Of a stretch of 64,000 bases of DNA, positions 37,550 through 50,600 are shown one piece after another (the stretch's first letter is position 1; the number at the start of each line of letters is the position of its first letter). Made by a program: the position numbers and the translations under genes. The notes beneath the pieces are model-generated. The model had not been told where the DNA came from and made no database searches. It saw only the letters and a list, made by a program, of their open reading frames with translations. Source of the DNA: Lingula anatina (Eukaryota; Animalia; Brachiopoda); contig CM120642.1 of assembly GCA_051362555.1 (NCBI GenBank), forward strand, positions 27,838,001-27,902,000. Direction: 5' to 3'.

Positions 37550-39199
37550 GTTTTTTTTTTCTTTTCTTTTCTTTTTTTTTTTTTTTAATTATTATTATTA
37601 TTAAATGATTGTTGAACATTATATTTGCACCTAAAGGCAGGGTATGGAGGTTGTTTTTTTATTGTTATTGTTTTTCACCAGATTTTGGTTGATAATGCAT
37701 GTCACAAATAAATGAAAGATCACAATTACCATGATGAAATATTTAGCATCATTTATAAATTACACCAAATACTGTTTATTGCATTTATTGATGTTAAACA
37801 CTTTCAAAATAAATATTTAATGTTTTGATATCGTGATAAGCTTTCATTGTCTAACTGACTCAGGGCAAGAGTGGAAATAAGACTTTCACACAGAATAAAG
37901 TATATAAAGAGATTCTATAAATGGTGTATACTAATCTCTTATCATGGTTCAGTGATTGATGTGACGGGTATCAGCAAGTCACAAATCAATACAAGTTAAA
38001 ATTTACACTCACAAAGTGTTTGTAACAAAGGAGTAATGCAACCTGGTGAATCCTACTATTTAGATTAGTAAATATTAAGTGAGATAAAGAGTGAATTTTA
38101 AACATCCTTAGTCATATTTGGCTTGTAAAACAATATGAATTCCAATACTTCTACCAGTCCGCAATTTCATAGGGCTACTATTCAAAATTATAACTACAAT
38201 AAAATTTTCTCCCTTTGTCATATTACCATTATCCATCTATTTGACTTAACATGATACTTAGAACTTGGCAAAAATTTACCATACTAAAAACAGAGACCAG
38301 TACAGAAAGGCAAAAGTATATTGGTGCTGCTGTGATATACACGTACTAGTAGCAACTAACTTTGATAGATATGCTCATTCAATTGGGAAAATGTTTAATT
38401 AACTACAGTAACTGCACCTGTGGGATATACTCAAAACCTGCAAGAAGCCTAATTCTAAGTTGAAGTAGGGGTGGGGGTTCAAAGGAAGAGATGGAATTTG
38501 TTTAGTGATAAATATCACATATTTCAATGGCAGAGAAGTTAGTCTGACAGTCTTACCTGCTGACTTACATCCAAGCGAATTTCCCAAATTTCTGCCCACA
38601 GTCATAAAGTCTCTATCAATTTACAAATAAGTATTCTAAGCATATGCCATTCAGATAAAGTTAAAACCATACCTGATTAAAACTGTGCTATGCTGAAATG
38701 TATGCATTCAAGGCTATGGTAGACATGATAAATTACTAGGCAATATAGCAGCACCAGTGAGTAATTATAAGTGGAGAGATAATTCCTCAAAACTTGTCTC
38801 CATTTAGACCAATTTTTTCAGCAGCATAAATCTTCTGGTTATGAGATATAAAACTTCTTGATCATTTAATCATAAATGTGACAAAGAGGTCCTGGTGTCA
38901 TCTTGAAAAACTGGGAGTAACACCCTGTCTTCAAACTCATACTCTAACTTAAGAGTCTAAGTTTTGATCAAAGTTGTTGGTTGCCTATAGTTGTGCAGCC
39001 TACAAGTAATGGACCTTTTACATTTGTCTGAGATCTAAATGCTGCACTTGCCAATGCATTAAAATTCTTAACAAGCGTGAAGCTGGAGGTAACCTGCAGG
39101 AGTTTCAAAACAAGCGTGTGACGCCTGACGGCTGTGCCCCAGTAGCACATCTTTGTGGTTGCAAGTCAAAAATGAAAGTTTAAAGAAAACATTTTCACG

Positions 39200-39480
39200 A
39201 GACACAAAATAAAACAAAATAAGTTGCTAACGATTGAGATTGTTCATCACTTACTTTCGAGACTAATCGACATCTCCGAAAAGCTCCGAGGTCACCAGAA
39301 TTCCGTTTTTGTTGTACGAGTGAAAAGATGCATCGCCAAAACCAACATGGAGACGAATAAGGTGAAGGTCGGGTGTACCGTCGCAATGCTCTATGGCTTG
39401 TCTCAACTATCACATCCACTGGACGATGTCTTGCAGGATAAGAAAAGAAATCGTTATCTGTTACAATAGATCTAAACATC
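39200..39480. promoter_or_regulatory. Probable shared (bidirectional) promoter / first non-coding exons of HERC2 (-) and the C2H2 gene (+)
   Basis: Locally CpG-rich patch between two divergent genes. Minus-strand consensus donor AAA|GTAAGT at 39255/39254. The HERC2 ATG exon begins with an acceptor (cag at 36050-36048), so it needs an upstream exon. Confidence 0.45.
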
Positions 39481-40316
39481 CACAAGTGTTTTATGAAAAT
39501 TTACGATGAAAATGAAAAAAAAGTTGAAATACAAAGAATAAAACGAAGGTAAAATAAAGAACATCATAATACCAATAGAATGACTGTGTTCGTACAGCGG
39601 TACCCTAATTTGTTTAAAAGTTCATTGGTCCGAAAAGTGTACAAACTACTAAAATGATTTACTTCATTGATCTAAAGTCTCTTCTCTCCGAAAGTTGATT
39701 AATACGACAGCAAAAATTTATCAGTTGGAAGGTCTAACAGTTCCAAACTTATGTATGAGCTCTGACAATTTAATTTCATACATGAAATTCCGAACGTTTG
39801 AGAATGGAATAGACTAGACTAGATCAGACTAGAGTAGAATATTTGCAAATCTATAGTAAATAAAAATATGTCTAATTGATATTACGTGTTTTTCACATAA
39901 GGAACAAATATCTTGTAGGTTGGTACTTTGAATATACATATGTAATTGGAAAATATTTATCAATTAATTCTATTATTTATCAAAACGTTTAAAACAATTA
40001 AATGGATTTTTAAAAAATCTTTCTATATAAAACAATAGAGTGACCCCAGTTTACGTAATATGTAGCCACATAATCATGACATATTCAGCAAAGTTTTTAA
40101 AATTTTGCTGCAGTCAACGCAGAAATTACAACCCGAAGCACAAGAATATTGTGTTAGTTGAGATTTCACATCAGACAAATGCAGTGTCGATGTGTGCTTG
40201 TTTTCCATACTAACGGAGGTTGAAACTGTTCAAGTGAGTGAAGTCTACTTATTTTTCTAAAGATTTTAGCATTGTATAACAATGATAAATTATCTATGTA
40301 ATTAAAATTGACCAGC

Positions 40317-40424
<108 letters not shown>

Positions 40425-40574
40425 ATGTATAATTATATTATAATAACATTTTAAATGATAAGTGTTAGCCATGCACATATTTATATGAAGTATTTTAATA
40501 TCTGTAATTTTATACTTTTGTAAGAACTGGCAAAAATCGAATCTCATCAAAGGAACAAGGTTGATGGCACCAGC

Positions 40575-42872
40575 ATGGAAGATCTTGTAATAACACCATG
40601 TATCAATCAAGTCTGGGAAAGGGGTAAAAATGCAAGTTACATAAACATTGGCAAGCAAATAGACAGATGGAATGCTCTAAAGGACCAAGTTCAACTGGAA
40701 ACTAATGAGAGCCTAGCGAAACATGTTATTGATGTGTAAGTACCATACATGTGTGTGTTAATAGTGTTATAAAGCATCCTGCTCTCATTTCAAAATGTCT
40801 CAGAGTAATATTTTTATCCTGCAAAGCTTCTTATCTTTCCCAGTCTCCAGAGTTTGATATTTATGATAAATGCCTTTTATTAAAGTTTATTTGAAGTGTG
40901 CCTTACTTTTTGCCTTGAGAATCTTGCAAGTCCCATGTCACCGCATCTCACAGCTTCACATGAAATATATAGAATGCTCTACATTATACGTGAAAAAAAG
41001 ACCAAGGTCATTGGTTCTTTTCTTACAGATGTGGTGGGAAAATCAAAGATACAAAAATGTTTCATACAAAATCATTAGATGACAAAATATTAAAAGTTGT
41101 TTTTTGCCTGGCTTGACTGTGTGGCAGATATTTAGCAATGTATGCAGAATTCTATATTTGTAATATTGAGGGAGGAGGATAAGCAAAGTAATCTTTGACC
41201 CCTTTGCCTTTTTACCATTAATATGTATATCACACATCTGTAAAACTTTTTTTTCAGCTACCACATGTTTATCAGGCTTTGTTCTGAACAATACGAGGAA
41301 CCAGGTTTTATTCAAGGTGATGATGAAGATGATGAAGAAGAATGCATCAGTTCATTTGTGTAAGGATAATGTTTAAGTGCTAACATTAGCATTTTTGTTG
41401 ATAGCTTTCCTTAAAGATTTAGAAATCTGATGATTTTTGTCCACTTTCATGTTTCTGAATACTGCTTTGGCTCAGCAGCAATCATTTTGAAACTAATAGA
41501 TAATGCTTTAATAAACCGTTTTCCTCACTCTGTTAGTTTTCTTTGAAGGGTGATCAACAAAGAGCAGACAGGCCAAAATAAATCCATTTGTCAGGATGCT
41601 GCTGACACCAGTAAAGATGGAGATGTTTCCCTAGTTCAAGATAATTTTAATATTGAAATTAATTCTATCCAAAGAGAGAGAGACATACCAAGTGAAGAGA
41701 ATGACTTTGAAGAAGACATTGGAAACTTCATTACACAACTTCCTGATAACCAACAAATAATTATACCAAGAGATAATGAGAGTGAAAAAAACACTGATGT
41801 CTTTCAGGTTCCTTTATTAAAGGATGCATTAAGTCAGTCAAACAAGAAATTAAGAGAAAATGGAAAGGAAAAAGGCCCTTTCACCTGCAGGACTTGTGGT
41901 AAACAATTTAAATTTTTATGCCGAATTAAACGTCATGAAGCTATGCATGTTCGACCAGCCACACTAAAGCCATATACTTGTTGTTTCTGTGGGAAGGGAT
42001 TTTTTAAATATGCAGCCCTAAAGAACCATGAAACCATCCACACTGGTAAAAAACTTTTCCAATGTCAGTTTTGTTTAAAGGAATTTGCACGTAAAATAAA
42101 TTGTATTTACCATGAGGGAATTCACACTGGAGAAAACCTGAGGAAAAAGAGCAGTGAAAGAGAAAAAGGCCCCTTCGATTGCCAAACTTGTAAAAAACAA
42201 TTTCGATTTTTAAGTCGCCTTAAACGCCACGAGGAAACTCACTTGCGACCACCCAGAGATAAACCGTATAAGTGTTGCATATGTGGGAAGAAGTTTGTTA
42301 AGTATTCAGCACTTCAAACGCACGAACTTATTCATACCGGCGAGAAACCATACAAATGCCAGTTTTGTACTAAAGCATTTGCTTTAAAAGTAAACTGTAT
42401 GCAACACGAGAGAATTCACACTGGAGAAAAGCCATATGAATGTCAATACTGTGAGAAAAAATTTAGCGATAGCCAAGGCTGCCGAAATCATGAAAGGATT
42501 CACACGGGGGAGAAGCCATTCGAGTGTCGGCACTGCGAGAAATCATTTCGACGAAGGAGTAACCTAACAAAGCATGAAAGAATTCACCTTGGAGAAAAAC
42601 CATACAAGTGTCAAATCTGCGAGAAATCGTTTACTGAAAAACGTACACTCAAAAACCATCAGAAAGTTCACTCAGGAGAGAAACCCTTTACGTGTAGTAT
42701 CTGTGAGAAATCATTTGCACGTAAGGACGCCTGTAAATTACACGAGAGGAGTCACTCGGGAGAAAAACCATTCAAGTGCGAACTCTGTTATAAAAGTTTT
42801 GGGCACAGCTTCTCCCTTAAAAAACATAGAAAACTTCAGCATTCTGAAAATTCGCCATCAGAAGAGAATTGA
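40575..42872 (+). CDS. C2H2 zinc-finger protein, 11 fingers; coding exons 40575-40735, 41258-41359, 41549-42872
   Basis: Eleven CxxC...HxxxH fingers, many with TGEKP(Y/F) linkers. Upstream exons join in phase 2 (GT|gtaagt, cag|C...GT|gtaagg, aag|G) and encode MEDLV...INIGKQIDRWNALKDQVQLETNESLAKHVIDVY plus an acidic stretch. Confidence 0.88.
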
Positions 42873-43722
42873 ATGTATTTCAATACATGTTTTGAATACT
42901 GTTTTAATGAAAGACAATTTTTGAGAGCGCTCACTGAGACTTATGATAGCATGAGAGGGAGTGTATATTTTAGTATCACATTATCTACTCCACTTCGTTA
43001 GTTTGATGGCGGTATTGTTTAAAACGGTGGTGAGGTTTTGAATACGGAACTCGGTAAAGCGATCACCAGTTAGTACTTGAAAATTGCAGATAAAACCAGA
43101 AATGTTATTGAGTAAATCCTATGAATGGCCTATTAAGTTTTTGTTGTGCATTAGTGTTATTCAAATTAAAATGTATCATACAAATCAAGTGAGTGTCCCG
43201 CATTATTTAAACGGGTTTTCAGGTGAAAATTCCAATAACGTCAAACCCAATATCCGCCAGACAGAAAGTATATATTTAAACGGGTACTTAAAAAAAGTCA
43301 TTTCAACAGGAATAACAGACGTTTTAGCAAACGGGTAAGCTTTTGATATCGTTCGTCATTTCAATCTAGATTTTTCTTCTTTTAGAAGCGGTAATGTTGA
43401 TGACTAGATGTTATAGTGGCTCATGTCTTACGTGTATCACATTGCTCTTTAAAATGATTATGGTGAAGGAATTTCGAGGAGAATTACCGAATTTGGCTTA
43501 AAGAAGCTGCAAGTTGATTTACCAGTGTGACAAAATAGTGATGGGAAGTGGTGCGCGATTTAATATCCAATTTTTTTTTTTACAAAAAAAAACCATGCAT
43601 GATATTTAGCCCTGTTCTACTGACATTATCAATGACATTCTCGCCAAAAAAGTTTTTTTAAATTGTTATTAGTATGATTCCTACACCGTCAGGACTGTTT
43701 GTAACATCGGCATACCACCAAC

Positions 43723-45492
43723 ATGAAGACTCTTTTCGTGGTGATGTTATGGGCATGCGCACTGATGGTTCACAGTGGCCCTGTTTCCAGAAAGGTAACA
43801 AAATTACATAACCTTAGACGAAGAAGAGAGCTTTTACTGTTTGCACAATTTGTTACTTTTACGAAAGTGTAAATCGACAACAATACTAGTGGATAGAAAT
43901 GTAAAGGACATGCTATTTTAGAATCGGTTTGTATTTTACTGATGTTTATACATAAAGGTATTTAAGTACCATAACCAGTGTTCATCTTTAAAAATCATCT
44001 CTCAAAATTATATGCTTTTCACAATGAATAGTCGTAAGATAAAATAAAAAACCGTGTCAATTTTGTCTTATTATAGACCCTAGCTATTTTCTATCAGTTT
44101 GTTTGTGGCCCAACGTATTGTTCATGTTTGCGATTCACTGCTCCCAGTGAAAAGTTTTGTTTTTTTTTTTTATTTTATTTTTTTGCTAATATATGATATA
44201 AAAGCAGTATTTTATACAAAAGTGTAAAGTAGTTGTGCTAAAAGTTTTGATAAATTGTCGAAAAACCTCAGAAATATTTGTTGGATTTTTTTGTCCCCTA
44301 AACGATTTATCTGTCTCTAGCATCCAGTTTGGCTCTAACTGCTTGCTTCGAGTGCATGATGTCTGGTTTCCAAATCAACCGTTATCTTGTCGGTAATATG
44401 CAGGTAAACAGAAATAGAACAATGCATTGAGTAAAAAGAGCTTTACTTATGCCACCTATATGTCAGAGTTAATTGATGTTTCTGCAGTGCGATATCATTT
44501 ACATCCGCTCAAAACACAGAAAAAATTATCACCTTTTTTACTTCACTTATAATAAAAAGCAAATGTGGCAGATTTGAAAAATGGCATCATATGTTTTTCA
44601 GGCTTCATTTGTAGTTTTCGCAGAAATAGTGTGCGACTTTAATCTACTCTTTTTTTTAATACAATAGAAATTTTAGTCTAAAACTCACTTTACTAGTTCC
44701 TCTCCAGAAATGAAAACGTTTTTGGCGTCAATTTCTGCTTATGTTTCTGTATTTCACAAAAGTATCGTTTAAATTCAGTATCGCTGCAGTATGCTAAAGG
44801 TTTGTTTCACAAATAATAATTTAGATTGAAATTGCGCTTTAAACTTGAAACTTTAAGAGCAAAAATATATTACGAATCTGCCAAAACAAGGTAGAAATTA
44901 CTACTATTCTTGACCAGCGGTAACTCTACTATCTGACCACAGGGTGCGCTAGTAGTCCGCTAAAATGTTGAAAAGCAGCGTGATTTAGTATAGTTTTTAA
45001 GGGGGACTTGATTTCAGCGGGTTTGATAGCTCCATTTCAGTGGTTTATTAAATGCATTTCCCTAAACCGACAAAGACTAAAGTTATTGGTCTAAAATTTA
45101 AAATCAACTTTCGGTTTTCAGTTCTTTTGCAAAACCTTCCCTTGTGTGCCCCAAACCAAAACCAAATTGCAAATTAAAAAAAAAAAACGACTTTTGTGTT
45201 CTTCTGTTTTTAGACAAATTGTGCACTGGTGAGGTGCCCAATCGAAAACTGTTGTGTAAAAAGGACTGTTGTTGAAGGTAAATGCTGCCCAATCTGCACC
45301 CGATTTGCCAATACCAGAGGCTGCATAAGAAGGGATGGTATGCTCCCACTATCACCCTGCCTCAGGATTCCATGCCAGGCCCTGCCGTGCTGTGCTTACA
45401 TGACGAGCACTAAAATAGCTGGCACCAACTGCCAAGGGTGCCCGGTTTGCAAACTCATTGATCAGAGCTGCATAGCTAGGAGCTCCCCTTAG
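43723..45492 (+). CDS. Secreted cysteine-rich peptide precursor, isoform A (exon 43723-43794 + exon 45214-45492)
   Basis: Exon 1 MKTLFVVMLWACALMVHSGPVSRK (signal-peptide-like, AAG|gtaaca, phase 0). Acceptor ttttag|ACA is in phase 0 and gives TNCALVRCPIENCC...SCIARSSP* with 16 Cys. AATAAA follows. Confidence 0.8.
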
Positions 45493-46722
45493 GAGCAATT
45501 AAAAACCACCCACTGTGCGTTTACTGCTCAATTACAGTAACTGATCGGACAATTTTATGATACATGATATTCAGGCTTCGTTATTCTATCTATGAAATAA
45601 ATAAATAAATAAATAAATAACAACAACAACAATAATAATAATAACAACAACATTAGTAATAACAACAAAAAGAATAATAATGATAACCACAGCAATAAAT
45701 AATAATAAGTATCGGAAAATTGTTTTTAAATATAGCCTTACCCAAAGATCGAATGGGCGTCAAATCATTGCATAGACATTAAACATGGGGACACCTAAAT
45801 CTGCATTTCTATGCATTCGGTTGAGATCGATCGGTTGATGATTTTACGAATGTGCCATAACAAGGAAGAAATTACTACTATTCTTGACCAGTGGTAACTC
45901 TACTATCTGACCACAGGATGCGCTAGTAGTATGCTAAAATGTTGAAAAGCAGTGTGATTTTGTGTAGTTTTTTAGGGGGACCGGAATTTAGAGGGTATTG
46001 TAGCTCTATTTCAGTGGTTTATTAAATGGATTTTCCTAAACCGACAAAAACTAAAATTATTGGTCTTAAAATTTAAAGTCAACTCTCGGTTTTCAGTTCT
46101 TTTGCAAAACCTTCCCTTGTGTGCCTAAAACCAGGGGGGAATGATATCAGAGGGTTTGGGATCTCTATTTTAGTGGTTTATTGAATGAATTTCCGTGAAC
46201 CAATAAGGACTAAAATTATTGGTCTAAAACGTAATCCCAACTTTCGTTTTTCAGTTCTTTTGCAAAACATTCCCTTGTGTGTCTCAAACCGAAAACAAAT
46301 TGCAAATTGAGGAATAAACGGCTTTGTGTTCTTCTGTTTTTAGCCAAACTGTGCACTAATGAAGTGCCCCATCGAAAACTGCTGTATGGAAACCAAGGTT
46401 GTTAAAGGTAAATGCTGCCCGGTCTGCACCCGATTTCACCATACCAGAGACTGCCTGAAGAGGGCTATTATTCTCCCACCACCATCACCCTGCCCCATGA
46501 TGCCATGCCAGGCCCTGCCGTGTTGTGCAGTCACGAAGAGCACTAAAATAGTTGGAACTGACTGCCCAGGGTGCCCGTATTGCGTACTCACTGATGACAA
46601 CTGCATGGCTGAGACAATGAAACAATGAAAACCACGGTACACTGTGCGGTCACTGCTCCAATACAGTAATTGGACAATTTTATGATACGTGATATTCAGA
46701 CTGCGTTATTCTATTTATGAAA

Positions 46723-46753
<31 letters not shown>

Positions 46754-46943
46754 ATTACAACAACAACATCAATAATAATAATAATAACAACAACAACAAC
46801 AACAATAAATAATAAAAATCGGAAAAATTGTTTTTAGATATAGGCTTACCCAAAGATCGAATGGACCTCAAATCATTGCATAGTCATTAAACACGGGGAC
46901 ACTTAAATCTGTATTTCTACGCATTTGGTTGAGATCGATCGGT
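44870..46943 (+). repeat. Tandem duplication of about 1 kb (unit 1 ~44870-45837, unit 2 ~45843-46943; unit 2 has an extra ~160-bp internal duplication)
   Basis: Both units begin TTACGAAT-TGCCA-AACAAGG-AGAAATTACTACTATTCTTGACCAG and end ...GGTTGAGATCGATCGGT. Each contains an intron end, the Cys-rich exon, 3'UTR and AAAT/AAC microsatellites. Confidence 0.92.
46344..46628 (+). CDS. Duplicated terminal exon B of the same Cys-rich precursor (probably spliced to exon 43723-43794)
   Basis: Same acceptor context ttctgtttttag|, phase 0, intact ORF PNCALMKCPIENCC...NCMAETMKQ* with all 16 Cys conserved, and its own AATAAA. Confidence 0.75.
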   Translation, partial: PNCALMKCPIENCCMETKVVKGKCCPVCTRFHHTRDCLKRAIILPPPSPCPMMPCQALPCCAVTKSTKIVGTDCPGCPYCVLTDDNCMAETMKQ

Positions 46944-47685
46944 GGACAGACTTATATAAAGAGAAAAGTTAAAATGTTAGAAAGCAGCCATAATGTTCGA
47001 CCAATTTCATTTTCAATTATCCACAACAGAAATCTCTTGTCCAGTATTTCTGTCAGCATTTCTTGAAGTGAACAGTGAATGTCTGGAGGCAACATTTCAT
47101 ATAATATTTTATTCCAATTCTTTTCATGCGTCCTCCATCGCTCAAAATCTTCTTTAGCACAAAAAAAAAAAAAAAAAAAAAAAAAAAACGTTTCAGGTCA
47201 TCCCTTTAGCGTCTTCTCTCCACATCGGAAAATTTTATCTAGCATAAAACAAATTTCAGTGGCACGCAAAAACAGTGAGTCAAACAATGAATTAATGGAG
47301 TAGAGAAAGTTTCAAGTCATCGAGACAAAACGCGTTGGTTTTTACAGATGAATGGACCATTTCCTTAGCTTTCACAGGCAAAAAGGTCATGTAGATAAAT
47401 GCCATTTTCAGTCTCCTCTGTTGATTCCTTGGTGTATTGGATTGCGGATGCCGCACACAATTACATGAATGGTGGGCAAACTTAAAAACGTCGCTCTTCT
47501 CTGTCACAAGACCGGATTTCACCATGTACACTCGGAAATAGGCCTTGTTTTATCTATTTTATGACAGACTCGTTTGATTGATACCGTGGAAACTCAGTTT
47601 TTACAGTAATATTGATGTCTATTGAATGACTGTTTGTCATTCATGGATTGTAATGATGTAGCATTTTTACCTGTGCCGAGACAAA

Positions 47686-50600
47686 ATGGACGTTCACAGT
47701 TTGAGGAGATTTGCGTTCATATTTACAATTTATCTGAGTTTTGTGGCTCGTACGTATCAGAATATTCGAGAGGGTAAGCGGATTTTATAATTATGTGCCT
47801 GTATCATTAAAAATGATTGTTTTGGATTATTATTGATATCATGCGAGAAATGAAAAGTTAAATGACATATTACGACATAATAATCCACACATGTTGTGGC
47901 CTATGTTAAATTGTATTTGGTTTTGAAATCCCTAGTACACGAAATTTTCTGTAATGTGTCGATTTTCGTATCAAATTATGATGAAACTTTTCTTTTAAAC
48001 GATAAAGATTCACGAAGGGAACCATAAACATAAAACTGTCTGAGCTTACGAGTTTGAAAGTGAAATATTAATAGAGGAAAAAAATATTTGAGCAATTTCT
48101 CCTTAATCACCAAAATGTTTCCTATCCAAAAGTGCAGCCAACGGTCTTACATTCTAGGTTTATAGATCGTAATTTTGCCAACTGTGCTAGATATAGTTTA
48201 ACTTGGTAATTTAGGTAAGGGTGTTGAAATCATCAGGAAAATTCTTTTTTTTTCAAACTTTCTTTGTGTGACCTAAAATGATTTTGCCAACACCTCGACG
48301 CAATGCAACGTACTTTTTGGTAAAATGTTGATGACATTGAGCGTATAGTTGATGGCTAAATTTTCAATTTTCCAACAGACTGGATCTGTAATGATTTTAC
48401 CCATTCGATCTGAAAATACTAGTATTTTTAATCTAACGTCATTTTCAACTCATGATCAGGTGAACCTGCACCACTGCTTCGCTTGCCTCTCAATCAAATG
48501 TATGGGGGTTCTGACGTCACGGGATATAACGACGCCTACGTGTCATGTTTGGGACTTGAGGAGGGGCCACGCGGGGGTCTAAATGGGGCTTTCACGTTCA
48601 GAGGTACCAGGGACTCATTCATTGCACTGACAAACATAACGGGTCAGACAAATTCTGCATCGGTCCTAGTCTCTTTTCTTCCTGAATGCGACGAGTTGAA
48701 TGCAACATGTAGGGTATTAACATTGCAGAAGCCGAGCAATAAAAACTCTGAAATTCACAACGACAGCAACAGTTACACTGGTAACAGAAGTGCTAGTTAT
48801 AATGACAGCGATGTGAACGTCAACAAAGCAAATAACATTAGTAACAACAATATTAGAGGCACTGAAATAACTCTATCCATCCAGCCCACTCTTGATTATC
48901 CAGGTCTACAAGACGTAGTCCTGCAAATCATCAATTCAGCTTACATTCTTCTGGTGTATGCTCCTGTTCCGGTGCAGAAATGGCTCAGTTTGGCGCTAAC
49001 GTATGACAACGAGAGTGTAGAACTCTGGATTAAAGAGAACAGTTCGACGTCTATTTTAACACAACTTGTGCAAGTGGAGGTGGATTTGACTGATGACGTT
49101 GACGATGACGAAGCAGGGAGATATGATTTATTGCTGGGAACAGCTGGACTGCAAGATGATTGCTGCGATGAACCGTTTCGAGGACGCATGTCATGTTTGC
49201 AGTTGTACGATACTAAACTATTAAGTTCAAAACTGAGGGATCAAATGGATTCTTGTAAGTGTAAGCTAGATTTATTTTCCAGACTAAAATGGGCGACTAT
49301 CAAATTTTGGCTTCAAATCACAAGATTCAACATTTCTCCTATTCTTCAAATCAGTACCACCATTCATTGAGGAAAAAAATTCATATGTCTAAGCAGTGTC
49401 TTTCCACTACTTCAACTTCACAAACAGATCATTTTTATAAAGATACCAGCTTTATTCTATGTGAATCAACTAAAATCGATAGAAACTTAGATTTCTTTTT
49501 TTTCCCCCATAGATCTTAAAAGCACTAAGTATACGTTTCACTTAAATTCTACTTATTGTAGGTCTTCCCCAACCACAAGGGCTATGGCCCCTGTCTCCAC
49601 TGTTTCAAAACCAGGATCTGAGTGGAAATCAAAACGAGGCTAGGCTTCATTCAGTGAGATCATCGAACGAATCACCGCACGAAACAATTAATGGATCGAG
49701 CGCGTTTTTAGGATCCCGCTCATCTTACATAGAAATACAGAACATTATCTTAAAAGTAGATAACACCAACAGCTTCATTGTACTGGGCTATGTAGCCCTA
49801 GAGAAAAGTATAGTGTTTAGCCAAAACAACTCCAGCGTAAACGCTTCCGTGCCATTATTTGAATTCCGGGATAATGAATCCGGAAAAACAAAAATGCATT
49901 TAATGGTGGACAAGGAACAAAGAATATCATTGCTTTTAAAAGATAAAAGCACTGCCCCACAAGAAGAACCTAATGTGTATCAGGTACAAAGCGCAACAAC
50001 ACTGATGTTCGGTAAATGGTATTTTGTCGGATTTTCTATACAGAAAGAGGGATCTTCTGAAAACGTAACTGTCAGTGTGTATGTGAACGGCAAACAAGAT
50101 GCGGTAGTACGTGCAAAAATTGAACATACTGAGATAAAAGGAAGTATACTGTTAGGATATCACACGGAAGAAAAATATCAAGACGCAGTTATTCCTTTTA
50201 TGGGGAAGATGGCGTGTTTTCAAGTGTATGATGTCGCACTGACAGAGCGAGAAACTGAAGAAGCCATGGGCGCTTGTGATATTGAAGGTGAGAATGGGAG
50301 GGTTTTTGATTTGGTTTCGAATATATCTCCTACCAAACCCACATAATAAAATAAAGATTTGGTAAAAATAACTGTCGCATAAAAAAGATCATTAATGCGC
50401 CGAGGAAAAGGTGTGACAAATGCGCTTTACATACATATTATAACATTTAAGTTTCCTGTTTTATTTTAGGACTGAGAACTACAGCTGAATATAAAGAACT
50501 GTTGGGCCTTATCACCGAAGTGAAAAACAATACGTCTTGTCAACATGCAAACGCGCACTCGGCTGAGGCAAAAACAAAAAAGCTGACAGATTCGAAATCT

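Noticed and set aside
38400-39150. Possible decayed transposase in the HERC2 5' intron
   Set aside because: No TIRs or catalytic motifs could be identified by eye.
43465-43495. NF-kB-like sites upstream of the Cys-rich peptide gene
   Set aside because: Only partial matches to GGGRNNYYCC, not distinguishable from background.
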